Part shown: one piece after another, positions 1 to 14,460 of the stretch
Layout: each line of letters begins with the position of its first letter
How positions within the stretch are numbered: position 1 is the first letter of the stretch
Source: Takakia lepidozioides
Lineage: Eukaryota; Plantae; Bryophyta
Assembly: GCA_030704615.1 (NCBI GenBank)
Contig: CM060733.1
Location: 57,288,001 to 57,352,000, forward strand
Direction of reading: 5' to 3'
DNA length: 64,000 nucleotides
Program-made: the position numbers and the translations under genes
The notes under the pieces: generated by a model
Told to the model about the DNA's origin: nothing
What the model saw: the letters and a program-made list of their open reading frames with translations, nothing else
Databases searched by the model: none

Positions 1-579
1 GCCACTTTACGAAGACCTATAAATTGGGTCAGCACATGACCTCTTGTCTTTGTTTGCCTCCGTCAATGTGTAATAATTTGTAACGGTAGCCTTTAAGAGA
101 TCCAAGCAAGAAAAGGTTGGGCGCAGTTTACAAGGAGCACCTGAGAGCATTGTACATAGTCCTCTGTAAATCAAAGTAGGCCACTAAGACCTCCGCCGGA
201 AAAACATAGTGCGGACAAAAGTATCCTTTTAGATATGGGGTGTTCTTGCGAGTGCAGTGACAGTATTTTCCATGAGTGCTTAGTGCTTGAGGGGAGATGA
301 ACAAAATTCGTGCAAATTAGTTCACTGTTTTTTCTTTTGAAAGGGAAATATCTGGTAGTGACAGCTCACAAATCAGGCCCCTTGATAGTGAGAGGAGAAA
401 ATAACCTCTTTCACAGGAACCTTGCGTTGAAGGCTTTCGCATGGGACGCCACCCAAGGGAATGGAGAGAAGAACATATCACACCCATCAAGGTAGCACCC
501 AGAATTTGACCCCAGAATCGACTGGGTGACACTCAGTGCACTATCCAACTGCACTATCCAACTGACTGTTGGTTTAGTT

Positions 580-1221
580 CAGTGTTGGACTGGTATCACG
601 AAAATATGATACCAGATTGGTTCTGGTATCACAAGGGCCCACATTTCCCAATACTCGTATGGTCCTGGTATTAGGGTAAGGGGGCCGGGTAGGGTACAGG
701 AAGGTATCAATAGCGTAAAATTGTGGATGTATATCAATATGGTATCAATATTTGTTTTTTTCCATCTCATATGGGGGAATATGAGTATTGCTCCGGGTAT
801 GTATATGAAATATTTAATATATTCAAGACAATATTCAATAAAGATTTGACCTTCATAATGGATCACAATTCCAGTACAATGTACATATAAAAATACATTA
901 CACACGCAAAAATACACCATATCATACCTGTATTTTTTCACATTGCACATTGAGTATAAAGTAGATGTCATAAATGCCCTTGAATTCCCTGGCATTAACT
1001 TCACACATACACCTATTGTGCCTTTGGAGGCTCACGTTGATATTGGTATCAATACCAATCAATATCAACACCAATCTTGTCCATGCAATACCAGATGGGT
1101 ATGGTATATACGTATATACCATACTGTGGAGCAAGGTATGTATGGCCCCTAGTATGGTATTGTCTGGGTATTGGCCACCCTGTGTTCCAGCCGTCCGATT
1201 GATATCACCGGTCCAACACTG
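580..1221. mobile_element. hAT-type non-autonomous element (MITE), 642 bp
   Basis: Termini CAGTGTTGGAC...GTCCAACACTG are inverted repeats. Perfect 8-bp TSD GTTTAGTT at 572-579 and 1222-1229. No coding capacity. Confidence 0.85.
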
Positions 1222-4200
1222 GTTTAGTTCCTATTTTTCACGATTCACTGCAATTTGTTAGATCACTGTTTCCAGGGCTACCTCCCCTTTCAGGAAGAAA
1301 AACCTAAAATCACAAAAGCATCTCACCAAAAAGGCATCTTGTACCATACTAGGGCAACCCTAGATCTATTCCATAAAAACACTTCCATTGCTTCCTATTT
1401 ACGAATATTACTTAACGAAAATATTAGTTTCTCGAATAAAATGTTTTGGTAATAATAATAATTCTGGTAATAAAGGAAAGCTGACAAAAATAACAGTGAA
1501 TTGTTTTTTTCTTAAAGAGTGAATTAGGAATAAAATAATTAAACCCGCACATCCATCCTTTCTTGGATGACGTCCTAGTGGATGAATGATGGATGAGAGG
1601 ACCCCTCGTGGCTGGACTCTCGTCAACGACGTTTCCTGCGGGCGTAGGAGACGGTTCATCCACTGCGGATGCAGTCCCGCATTCATGACCCCATTACCGC
1701 GCGAACCCCAGCAACCGACAACCCACGACAGCCCGTACCCCAGGGTCAGGCCCGATAACCACACGCCTGCGTCCGCCCCGCTGACCGGTCATCACATGTC
1801 GACTGCCAGCCTGCCAGCACAGGCAAGCCGGTGAGTATCGCCCGATGTTTCGGGCAGTTGTCAGCGCCAGTCTGTTTGCAGTTTCGCCACAATCAGCGGG
1901 CTTGCCCCTGCCAAGGCGCATGCGCCTGGCGAAACCTGGCGATTCCATCATTACTGTGCCAGTCAACCTCCTGGTCAATCCAGCTCCCGACAATCCAGGT
2001 CGTGGCTGCCAAGCTTGCCGGTCATCATGCCCCTCCCTCCGACTGCCTCCGCCCACTCCCACTCACCTCTGTCCTTTTTCCTATTTACCTCTTTATTTAT
2101 TCTTTCTTCCTATTTACTTATTTATGTATTTTCAGATTATTTTGCTGCAAAAGGACAGGCAAGCCAGCTGGCCGGGTAGGAAAGCGCGCCGTATGGTCAG
2201 GTAACGTGTTTGCCGAGCGCTTTGCATGCCACTGTCGGCTCCGGGATTCGAACACACGCCCCCACTCCACCTTTCTGTTACTCGTCACGGTAACCACGGC
2301 TCCACCCCGGTTACCCCGCCGCCAGTTCGCCACTCCCCCTCACACATCCCTTCCCCTCTGTCAAAACCCCCTTTGCTGACGTGGATGGATGGCGAAACCG
2401 CTCATTCTACTGCGCTCAAATTTACTAGCAGAGGTTAGTTTTGCACGAGTAGATGAATAAACGATGAATGGTTGCTGTCTTCCGACTTATCATTCATCGC
2501 AGTCATAACTAACATGGGGTGAATCCCAAAATAGGGATGACAAAGCCACGCTGGCGCAGTCGATGAGACGCACGTGCAGCCTGTCCAAATTTGTCACCGC
2601 GCCACAATTTGGGACACCGCGTCTTAAATGTGTCCTGCGAAAAATACAAAAGCCTGCGACGGATGGATGCCTGTCATAATGAGGGATGAGGGATCCATCC
2701 GTTCGTCCATCCATCCGGCCGAGCGGTGGGGAGGGACGGCGGCCCTCGGCCGGCGGGGCCCTATCGGACCGGCCTCACGACCCGCGCCTGGTCGGCACCC
2801 GGCGGGCCCACCCGGTTGCCGGTCCCCTATATTTACTGGATTTAATAAATGGGCGAGGTGGTATGTAATTAGTTGGAGGATTATCGGCTAAACGTGGCTA
2901 AACACGCAGTCAAAAGGGGCGGGGTTGACCGAGCGAAGGGTAATGGTAGGGGGGCAGCAATAAACGGGCAGTAAAGGCGGGCCGCCCGCCTTTAGTGCCA
3001 TCAATGCGGCTGCCAGTCCTTGTCCCCCACTTCGTCTCTCTCGATGCTCGCACTGCTTCGCTGCAATGACTGCGGCAGCGATGTATGCGCTGAGCGCACT
3101 CTCATTCTCGACATTCATGGCTTCAAGTTGTTGTGTTGTCTGTGTACAACTTTAAATTCTTTCCGAGCTTTTGGCGGGTGGGGGAAGAGCTGGGATAATA
3201 AGTTAAATTGGTAGGCCTTGACACACAACAAACGCGGACAGGGAATGTGAAAGGGGGGAGGTAGTTGAACTGAAAAGGTCGAGAAAGGTAAAGAGAAAAG
3301 TTGAAGGGAGGAGGGACAACATCTGCAATAATCACAATCACTCTCCCAACCATCCTGAAATTCTGGAGCCGGACACATGATTGAAACAGACCTGTTTTCT
3401 CCAGCTCGGTTCAGGTGAGGTAGAGCAGCAGTATTTGTTTATGGGGGAAATACAGTCCTGAAGGTTCACATTCCTTTTGCAAAAGTGGAAGTGAGCAGTG
3501 CTGCACTGCAAGCGCTAGGGGCACGGTTTAATGAGCGTACCCTTGGGACAGTCCCTTTTGCTGGTTCCCAAGGAAGGGCAGAGGCTGCATCTCATTTTTG
3601 GGACAGTGCCGCAATCCACACAGTACTTAGTACTGAGATTGACTCTTATATCTGCTACTCTGACCCTCCGCACGTAAAGGCAGAAACTGAAAGCCAAAAG
3701 TTAGTAAACATAAAATACTCCACTGCCTTCTTGTTGCTTTGTTTGGCGGGCGATCCCTTATTGTTCCGCGAGACCAAGCTCGATCGTTCCCAATCATCAA
3801 TGTGGATCGATTCGGTGTAGGCAAGCTGGCCGCCATGGGACCCAAGATAGAAGACCTATCTGTATCTGTAATCATTACTTCTCTCAAGGTCGGTGCACTA
3901 GCCCCTTAGTAAAATACATCCTAGCGGTGAAAACGAGATCTTTTTCACAACCCAAACACGTCTCCTGTAACTGTACAGCGGTCCTGCATTCTCGCCTAAA
4001 CCTCACTATATGTTTTCTAGAGCAGAATAAGCAAAATTTTCAACTCGTGAAGATGATTACATACTTTTAAAAAATATGGTAGAGAAGAGAAGAGAGAGAT
4101 CCTCTGATAGATCCCTGGCAGATCCAATTTGTTGATGGGCAAATTTGAAGGTGGGTTTTTCTTCTTTTCACGGATTTTTGGGCAAGGTAGCCCACAGGAG

Positions 4201-4838
4201 AAGTTACTAACTTAACGCAGCATGATAAGGATGAAAGATCCACATACAAATCTCAAGGTAGATTTGAGGCGAAAGTTTGTAAGGAATGGCGAAACTCGTG
4301 GACCCAAAAGGACTAACGGACTGACACGAGGAAGGCTGCCACGTTGATCAGTAGTTGTGTTCTATAAAAGGAAATGTTAGTACACGCTAGAAGCAGAGCA
4401 CCCCCTTGCATGTATGTCTCTTTGCCCTCCCCCCCTTCCAGAGCGACACACTCTCGCGTTTCTTTATATTAAGCCCTTCTCTACGATAAGCTACAGATCC
4501 TTTTCCGACTAGAAATATCCTGGTTGCGGTCTTTCTTTAGTCTCCCCTCTCTGTTGCTTTATATCTGCTCATCGGTTGGCGCTACAGGAGAGCTTCTCTA
4601 TCTACACGTAGGTGACGTCCGAGGAGTGGGGGAGCCAACACGCAGTCTCTCTGCGTGCTTTTCTCTCTCCCAGGAGTCCTGATTTGGGAGGAATCTCTGC
4701 GATCGTGCTTTCCTTCTCGTTGCTCTCTAGAGTCTCTCTTTCCTCCCGTGAGCTGTAGGGTGTTCAGTTCACTGCCTTCGGTTTCTAGGAGTGTGTGCAG
4801 GTGAACTGATCGTGGGTGATTGTAGGACAGAACTCCAG

Positions 4839-6561
4839 ATGGCAGCCCACCCGTTGGCCTCCCCCCGGCACAATACCACAGATCTAGCGGGAGTTCTGGC
4901 CAATGCCAACTCCACGCTTAGCCTCAACACCGGGCTTCTCTCAGCCCTTATCCAGGGATCTAAGCAGTTACCGGCACAGTTCATTGAAAAGGACCAAGAC
5001 CAGCTCCCAGTGATAGATTCGGAGGAGGACGTACCAGTACTCGACCTCGCTGCGCTGGCATCTGGTGACAAGGAGCGTCAGAGCCTGGTGGCGTCGATTG
5101 CGAAAGCATGCGAGAAGTGGGGATTCTTCCAGGTTGTCAACCACGGTGTAGATCAGGCGCTGATAGATCGATGCGAGGCCGAAGCACACCGAATGTTTGA
5201 CCTTCCGCTTGATGTGAAGGAGAGAGTTCACCGGCCGGCTGGGACGAGCTTCGGGTATGGTGCCAACACCTGGGTCAACCAGAAAGTCATGCACTGGGCA
5301 GAGAGTTTTCACATGCAGTTTCGTCCGACCTCCAACATCCGCGAGATGGCTGCCAAGATGTTTGCCGAAGGGAACCCTGTGCAGTTCAGGTATGTTAGTA
5401 TGCCCATAATGTAGGAAGATAAGAAGAGATTAGAATCCGGAGAGGCTACCGGGTGTATGTCAGGGAAGATGATCTGGACTAAAGTCTGTGATGGTCACGA
5501 AGTGTACATAATGTGAACCTGTAATTTGCTCTGTGATCCTTTCAACTCTTTTGGTGAAGGACGTAGTTCATGGGATCACTACCCAGCCGGATTCTTCAGT
5601 AGGCCCTAGCATCTGGAGTTTTTCCGCATTATCTTGTATGGTTTCACCCGTTTGATGAATTTGTTTTGAACTGTTTGTGTCTCCAGTTCGGCAATTGAAG
5701 AGTATATGGCTGCTGTGGAGAAGCTCGGATGTCAGCTGCTGGAGCTTCTCACTGAGGGCTTGGGTCTGAGTCCAACTCGCTTCAGTCATTACCTGGAGAA
5801 GGAAAGAATGATGTCTATGCGCTTCAACCTCTATCCGCCATGCCCAGAGCCATCCCTTGCAATAGGGTTGCGAGCGCACACCGACCCCCATCTTTTGACT
5901 ATCTTGCACCAAGACGCAGTAGCCGGGCTTCAAGTGCAGATTGGTGACAAGTGGATCACCGTTAAACCTCGGCCTGACTGCTTTGTTGTCAACGTTGGCG
6001 ACCTCTTCCAGGTGCAGATCGTTTCCGTCGTGAAGGCTTACAGTCTAGTTGGCTGTCTCTAGACAATACTAGACTTTGTAAAGCCGTGATCCAAGTTGTG
6101 GATCACTGTTTTGTTTCATTTATAATGCATGACCGCTCAACAAGTTATGTATGGACGTACACTAATGAGCTCGAACACTATGTACACTGAAGAACTGTGA
6201 GTGGAACTTCGAAACCGAACAGAGCGATAGCTCAATTTCTTTGCTTGTGCATCTATTGTCTAATCAATTTCTCGCTATGTGGCAGGTCCTGAGCAACCGA
6301 AGATACACGAGCGTGAACCATCGTGCAGTCGTTAATAGCGAGTCGAAGCGTTTATCATTGGCATGCTTTCTCAATCCTCCACTAAGTGCGACGGTTGTGG
6401 CGCCTCCTGAGCTCGTAACTGCAGATTTTCCTCAGGTCTACCGCCCTTTTACGTGGCTGGAGTACCTTAAAAATGCATACTTGTATCACCCAGCAACCGG
6501 TAGCGAACGCCACGAGCGATTTTACATCGGCGCGCCTCTTGTCGCACCTACGGGACAGTAG
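4839..6561 (+). CDS. 2-oxoglutarate/Fe(II)-dependent dioxygenase (DOXC class, gibberellin/kaurenoic-acid oxidase-like), paralog 1; exons 4839-5389, 5687-6011, 6286-6561
   Basis: DIOX_N motifs (VPVLDL, ACEKWGFFQVVNHGV), NLYPPCP, iron ligands HTD...H (NHRAVVN), RxS (RLS). GT-AG introns splice in frame. Confidence 0.92.
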
Positions 6562-9500
6562 TTCCCTTCGACTCGGCTGAAGATACCTAATCTTTGGGTT
6601 CATTATACTCCTGAAACAAGCTGCCGGCCTGATGCGAACCTATGAAGGTCCAAGTACAGTAAGTAAGGCCCATTAGGGGTGAGGGCCTTGCCCTAACAGG
6701 CAGTACACTTTCTCAATACTACTATATACCAAGACCATCTTCTAGCAGCTCGGGATCAAGTACCCTTCACTGAATCCCTTGATAAACGCATCATTATCAA
6801 CTTCAAGGATTACCCATGATGTTATGCGCTTTTGGAGATTTGCATACCGAGACCTTTGTACAGGACGATAGAGTAGTGTTTAGATGCAGTGACTGAAAAC
6901 AAAGGTATTCATGACGGTTTAGTGAAGATCCAGGTTGCGGAGGGAATCGTACGGAACCATCTTCATGTTTTGGGATGTCGAAAGGAGTTCAGAGATTTGT
7001 ACAAGTTAGTACAGAGTTGAGGAGTTCTGGACAGGCAGCGTGGGTTAAATCAGTAAAAAATCTGTAAATTATAAGAGTGTTGCTTGCGGATGAAGGGTAG
7101 GAAGTGGTTGCTTCCAACCTCACTTCCATGAGTATTTGAATAAATTTCCCCTTTAGACGTCCGCTCATCGGTTGTCACCTTGCTGGCGATATCTGTCTAG
7201 AAATTTTGTTGAACAATCAGATAATGTCACAGCGCAAGCTGGTATGCCTCGAGGTTGGATCGTGGATCGTAGTTGACAAGTTTCAAGTGTTTTCCAAATT
7301 CGAAGGAACCAACGGAGATGTTGTAGTAGTCAGCCAGCTTGCTACCAAAAACTCCTTTTCAGGTTGGAACTTACAAACCCAAAACTAGTCGACGAGGAAA
7401 CAGACGATGGTGAAAAAACGTTCTAAGCAAGCAACAGTTTTACATGATCTGTACGTAAGCTGCTATGAGATCGAAATGCCAAAGAAGCCGAATGTGTGTT
7501 CATGATGGAAGAGTTGAAAAGTATGATTGCTCTGGAGTTCTTACAACAAGGTTCCGAATTGCTACCACACAGACCGGCGGGTCCCACACGAGTAGCTAGA
7601 ATATGAAGCCAATGCAACAGTTTTGTAACGTATACAGCAGCTTTCTTGTTTGAACTGCGAGCCTGGGACTCTCCTGAGGTTGGGAAGACCCCGCGGCCAG
7701 ATCCCCGCCACATTCTGTTTCTTCTCACTCCTGGACTGTTTGTCCCATACGGCCCCAGCACCCCCGACTGGTCGATAATCATCTTGGCTTTCATCCACTC
7801 CTGCATGCAGCGCGAGCTTCGTGTGCTCTCTGCCGTGGCTTTTTCTTGTCCCAGAAATGAACAATGGGTCCCATCCCAAGAAATTTTCGTGGGTCACTTC
7901 ATTCTTTGCTGGGCCTGCAGAGTGTCTCAAAATGACAGTCTGTCTGAAAATTCTCTCATTAAATGAGGACTTCCGAGGTCATTTCAGCCTTTGGTTGAGT
8001 GTGTGCAGATGGTTTTAAAGACCGTGTGCTCTCCAATGAAGATACTATAGGAACCCAACAAACAGCTTTCCCATGTGCCTGTGTGGAGCGCTCCTGGGGT
8101 CCCGCCATGGAGTTTCCTTCCTCTCTCTCAAGGGCAGCGACCCGACTCTGTCCCTATCCCAAGGGGGCAGATCTCAGTGGAATTTGACCGATTCCTTCCA
8201 CGCTCCTCGAAATAAAGTCTCCACAGCACATGCTGTGGAATTGGACTCTGCAAGTTTCTATTACTTAACATTCGGGATCTGCTGGTACCTTTTAAAGATT
8301 TCCCCCAAGGAAGCGTATTCTGTGGGAAAACGGAAGTCGAACTCATGCAGAAACCCCTCAAGATTGAGTCTTTGCGATGCACTAGGTATTCTATTGGAAA
8401 AAATTTAATGGGCCATTCTCAACAAATCGAACAGGGATTTTGTTTTGAAGCACGTCAGTGTTTACTTTGAGCGCACCAATTGAAGCGAAGTAAGAAAGTA
8501 CCAACTGGTACATTCCTGCATGCCCGTGCTTCCCTGGCCCCAAAAATTCCAGGGAAGGCCACAGGGTGAGGGAGAAACCCAAGGGCTTGGAGTGGGCACG
8601 ACAGATGGGCCACGCAGAAATCGAGTTTGCCACTTGCCACTGCAGTCCCAACTCTCTCAGGGCTAATAAATAAGTTTTCATTCATTTGGAAAGTTCCCAA
8701 GAGCTATCATGCACTTGTAAGTAGGTAGTTAGTTGGCTACATACATCTGTCGAATTCTCCCAGAAGAAATCCCTTCAATCCCCTTTACTGACCACTGTTG
8801 CTGTCTGCCCAATGGTTGCTGTCCAGTTTCATACAGCAGCAATTGGGTGCTGTCTCTGACCTATTTATTGACTTCTTGGGACACGCAGTCTTTCATGCGT
8901 GGATCTGACCCACTTCCAGAGGTAGCATTCAATATATTACTTATGATGTTGCGATTGATGGCTGCACTTACAAGACAGCATGTATAAAACTTTCATGCCG
9001 CTCTGCAGACCGTAGGCAGACTAAGATTCTCCCACTGTAAGCTGCAAGTTTTGGAGTTTCTCACATGACGCTCATCAACTCCCAGCACTTCTTGTATCAA
9101 TGTGGGCTTGAGTGCGCAAGCGGCTCAGCTCCTGTGTCCCAGCAGCTCTCAAGTGCAAGGGGGAATATGCCTGCAGCATTCAGTGATCAGTACTCTCTGC
9201 AGTGGTGCAACCTTTGAAAAGGATTCAGCAAACAAACAAACAACCGCCAAATATTTTAGTTCGGAACTTAGCCAGGTTTTTCTTGTCTGATTTGGTAACT
9301 GGTTGAACATCCCAATGCATACACCAATGTCCGTCGGATCATGCCAGATAAACTTTTCCTCCGACTCCTTTTCTTCGCTGCCTTTTGCTTTCCTCCAGTT
9401 TTATAATGGGTGTCGCTCCTGTCTACAGCTTGGATGGGAGGTTGACTGATGCAACAGTCTTCCAGATACAATCAACAAACCGCAAAATAGTGGGCAGCTT

Positions 9501-12146
9501 TGCACATCTTCCAAGAAGAAGAAGAGATTATTGACGCAACCTATCATGATTCTTAGGGCCCACCTCCTCCAACTACTCTTTACGCCATTGCCCACCAGTA
9601 TGTGCGGCGCATCTCTACCCCCTTTCTCTCAAACCAAAAAAAGACCCCTAAACGTTAGAACATCCTAGTGGACTTGCTTGCCTAAGCGTGATCCAATTTG
9701 CTCGCATCCAAAGCCTAGTCAAGCGGAAAAACAAGCCAGCATTTCAACTGCTCAAGCAACAGTTTCTTCCAGTCCAGCTCTCAGTACTACCATTGCTGAT
9801 CAAGCTCTTTTTTTCCCTATATCATTGAAGCTCTTTCTCTGAATCCTAAGTAAATTACTGTAATCGACTACAGCTGACAACTCAGATTTGAAGCCCAGGA
9901 AGCAAAAAGGAAGGAAAAACAAGAGTGTAGTGTACGGTAGTGGAGTCAACTGGGGTCAGAGAAGGGAAGCTTTTGCTCAGCCCGGAGGCCTGCCAAAGGC
10001 ACCGACTTGCGACGGAACGGACGAACGGTACTGGCAGCGCTCGTTCGTTGCGATCATTGCGCTGCCGTCCGACCCCCTCTGTCCCTGTCCCCTCCGCCCC
10101 CCGACTGTCCCGTCTGTCCCGACTGTCCCTGTCCCTCTGCCGTGCCTGGGCGGTTACATAACGTATGTTACGTACCCTCCCTCCCTCTACGTACTATATT
10201 CCACCCGTATCAACAGTATACGTCGGCAGAGGATACGAAGGAGGGATGAATGATGGACGAATATCGTGTGGGTGAGAGGATTCCGATTCCGTGACTCTGA
10301 CGAAAGGACATCGTACATGCAATTGCATACTAGCACGTATCTTATCGTATAGATGACGCGTATTTGGACGTCTGGGGGGCCACTGGCAGCCGTTACGAAA
10401 CGTGGAACGGCAGGATCGGGTCGGTTCGGGCCGGGCCAGTTGGTGGGGAACCGTTTGCCTTGCTGATACTTATATAGTCCTTTCCGGCCGAAACATCATG
10501 GGATATATATGATGTGGTCGCACCCGGGGCTTTCCCTTTAAACATATATATGTATGTGGTTGGAGTGGGATCGATGGGATCGGGTGGTTCAATGAAGCCC
10601 GTTGCTTGTGGGATTATAGGCGGTTCGATCGCACTTTTTATGGGAGTGGTGGCAAGTCGGGAGAGGGTGCTTTGCCGGTCGAGAAGTCCGCAAATTTTGA
10701 ATTGAGGGAGACAGATAGGGAGACAAAGGTGAGTGACTCATCCGGTAGCTGGATGATACTATACCAGACAATGTGGGACGGGATGATATGGAATAGTTGT
10801 GTGCGGCTACAAGCTTAGGGTCGTGCAACTTTGTACAGTTCACGGATATTCAGATGGGTTTTTTCGTTCGTCGTAAGGTTTATAGATTCGAATTTCAAAA
10901 ATATATCACATAGTCGGTCTCTTCTGTGAATCATACAAAAGATGACCTCTGGAATCCATGTTGGGAAATTATCCACGATATATCTATTATATTGTGACAA
11001 TACATTTTATGATAGACTCGCGGGCCTGATGATTGGCATGAGGGCACGAACATTTCAAAATCAAAACTATAAAACATTTAATATGCAACCGTATTCGACT
11101 TGCTTTTGATGTCAATCAAAAAACAGTTCATAAATATTATTATAATATTCAAAACTTTTTGAATATGCAGAATATTATGTTTCGACTGGACAATGTTGCA
11201 ACTTTCAGTGAGATTGTATGTACGTATGTACAAACGAAAACGTTTCTTTATCCACAATTGGGTAGCATCTGAAATATGGCCAAGTTGGATGTCACTATTG
11301 CCACTGACCCAACAAAGAAAAGTCTTTGGGTCAGTGGTCTTCTAGTAATGTCTTGGGCTTTTCAGTTCTTAGTAGGGAGGTTTCGCAGTTAAGCATTTTA
11401 GAGCTTCCCAACAGAAAGCAACAGCTCCTTCTACAATGACAGTGCCATCATAATTTACGTTTGCTTTGGTGGGAGTCAATTTGTTTTTCTTCTGTTTTTA
11501 AAAAAAAACTGTTTTCCTTGTTATGCTACAGACTTTTAACTGATTTAATTTTCTTTCAACCAATGATAACTGTAACTCTACTTTCAGGCTGGGGCTCTGC
11601 CTCCATGGCTCAGAAAGGGGGGTTTATTTTTTCCCCTGAAGGCCCAGCCTTTGCTGGGGCTGGTGTTATTATTACAAAAAAACTGTAATGTATTCTTTGA
11701 TATTACCGATTTTAAAATTAAATAATTAAAAATCATGATTGTTTTTCTATATTACAGTATTATAGTGCAGCGAATGACAGTACTTATAGATTATGATCAT
11801 TTGTAGGATTGCAACTTTGGAGAAGGCGGGCAGGCTGGCAGGTTGGCCACCTCAAAACTGATTTTTGTTTTGTAGAGAACTCTCAAACTCAGAAAACAAG
11901 TGATATTACAATGTCACTCGGTCATATCTCTTAATTGATATTTGTGAGAGAATTAGCCTGAAAAACAGAGTAGACAACAGATAACAACATTATATCAAAG
12001 ACCATACATTACTTTGTCTCTTGTCTCTTCAGTTGACATGCTCAATCAGCTTTTCCATTCAAACAGACAGTTGAGCAAATCGACATCTTGCAACCAGGGG
12101 TGACGTGAACCCACTCCTCAAATTCTAAACTCAAACCAGAATATAT

Positions 12147-12600
12147 TGTCGTGCACCTAAGCATCGTGCCACAACATACATCGCTGTCCACCACACAATC
12201 TAAGCACATAATCCTAGAAAGCTATACCACAATGAATCCACTCAATCACATAAACTAAGTCAAGCCAAGGGCACCCTTGCTAAGGGAATCCACCCTACAA
12301 AGCCCTCACCACACTCCCTCTCAATACCTAGAGCTATGGAGGTGAGAGAGCCTCATGGAGGCTCAACTACAAGAAGATGAGCCTCCTCCATCCTCACAAG
12401 GGGAAAACCTATTCCCATGTCCCAAGTGAGGCTCGCCACCTCACTTGGCATGCGAGACCAAATGAAGTCCCAACACACAAAATATAAATATAAATATCTA
12501 AAATGTCATAGTTAACTAGAAGTAGGTAATTCTAGATAACCATGACTAAAACCATGACAGCTGTCGTGCACCTAAGCATCGTGCCACAATATACATCGCT
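12147..12600 (-). repeat. 3' terminal A-B-gc-A repeat block of the outer element (A1 12147-12185, B to 12559, GC 12560-12561, A2 12562-12600)
   Basis: 39-bp A copies differ by one mismatch. Junction CATGACA-GC-TGTCGTG contains the palindrome GACAGCTGTC. Confidence 0.85.
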
Positions 12601-12786
12601 TGGTCATCAATCGCCGAAGTCCCAATATCTGAAGACATTAGATCAAGAGGTCGGGTGCAAAAGTAGCCCCATCGTTACTCGCTTTCCTGTAATCCATGGC
12701 TTCAATTGGGTGTCCATGGCATTGAACTCCCGTTAGCTAGACCTTGGATCACTTGTCAACCTCACCATTGTCATGCCCCACTACCT

Positions 12787-14460
12787 CTATCCAAGGCATC
12801 GTGGACACAAACATTCTCCACTAGAAACCTCATCAAGTGGCGGTGTCAAGCATCCCATGTGCCACCCCCTTGAGCATTTGTCACACACCAACATGGTCGC
12901 GACACCACCAGCATGCCCACATAGCATGCAACGCAACCCTGCAGGTACCACTACAAGGTTGGGATCTATCATCCCATCCACATGTGGAAGGTGACATGAC
13001 GCACAATTGCACACATTGTCCTTCCATACCATGCCATCTCGACCCTCCAGAATCAACACTCCTGAAGGCAACACCTCCCGGACCCTTAGAATCACACGAT
13101 CTGCTGTGACATCCAAGGTCGTAGGCGCTATCTGCTGCAGATACACATAGTCCCCAGGATGGAAACGCCGAAGGTGCCGATATCCCCCTCCATGTATAGT
13201 GGCGTACCTCAATGTGTCTCGGTGTTGGGCAATAGCAAGGTTCTCAAAAGCCATAGGCATGACTCTCTTGAACACCTCTGCCTGCTGGGCATATGCTTAT
13301 GTCCATACATCCGGATCATCAAGGTTGAAGACTGCTACAGTCTCCATGCAAATAGATGCAGACAAATCTGGCTCTCGGCCAAAGAGAAAGAAATAAGGCG
13401 AGAATGAGGCAAGTGATGTTTGCTTGCTAAACCTGTAGCCCATGGCCAACCAATGTAGCTGAAGATCCCGATCTCCCAAGTGTCCATTCTGCAAACCATA
13501 CTTGCACAAGCCTCGTTTGACTGTTTGCACAACCCTCTCGGCCAAGCCATCAGCCTCGGGATGATCCCGAGAAGTAGTGCGGTGATCTATCAAGGCTTGC
13601 TCACACAAAACCTGAAACTCCCCCAATAACTCTCTCCCCTGGTCCGTGAGTACCTCGGCTGGAGCACCAAATTGACTAAGCACTCGATCTAAGAATGCCT
13701 ACGCAGCCCCCTCACTTGCCTTATCAGGCAATGCCACTAGTTCAATCCATTTGGAGAAATGTTCCACCATCACCAGCACATACTTGTTATGGCGAATCGT
13801 CAGTGGGAATGGGCCTGCAAAGTCAAGACTCCAACGATAGCCCAAACCCATAATGGGTAAATGATGCAATTGTGGCGTAGGTGCATTAAAAGAAGTCCGT
13901 ACTCTATCACACACCATGCACCTTGCCACTAACTGTTGCACATCCGTGTGCATGCCCTGCCACCAGTACTGTCCTTGCAACAAACTATGAGTGCGTCGCA
14001 CCCCAAAATGTCCCAACTCCTCATGGGCATGACGTACCAATCGCGCTCGTTGTGTTGGATGAGGCACAATCCTCACTTGTCCACCCTCCCATATTCGGAG
14101 TAGGTGAGTCCTCTCCCACTTGAACCTCTTGGCTCGTTGTAGGATCCGATCTCTCTCCTTAGCAGTCACACTGGCTGCTGTCTCTCCAGTACGAAGGTAG
14201 GCCAACACTGCTGCATCTTCATGTACATCCTTAGCACCACCAAGCTCCTCACTGATCTCTGGATCGTCATGCACACTATCTCTATGACCAATCATATGGG
14301 ATGGACCAGCTTGAGCTCTCATTGCTAGAATGCGTAAAAAAACAGACGTGTGCCATCCTGGCACCATCTCCTCATCCATCTCACCATGCCAACGAGCTCT
14401 TGTATCATCAAGCTCACTTGTGCATGGATTGCGACTCAATCCATCCGCATCCCGATTTTC
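12787..14460 (-). pseudogene. Outer element integrase (HHCC, DDE) with C-terminal PHD finger; interrupted by stops
   Basis: HAHEELGH...CMVC; WSLDFAGP / LTDQG / LAERVVQT; CMLC...CDKC...WHMGC...CPRC. Confidence 0.9.

Noticed and set aside
1540-3100. GC-rich tracts with GGATG/CATCC motifs (also ~10000-10700 and ~38000-39100), probably old TE remnants
   Set aside because: Could not define termini, TSDs or coding domains.
6900-9800. Possible decayed minus-strand coding sequence (several 60-130 aa ORFs)
   Set aside because: No recognisable motif or consistent frame by eye; needs a translated search.
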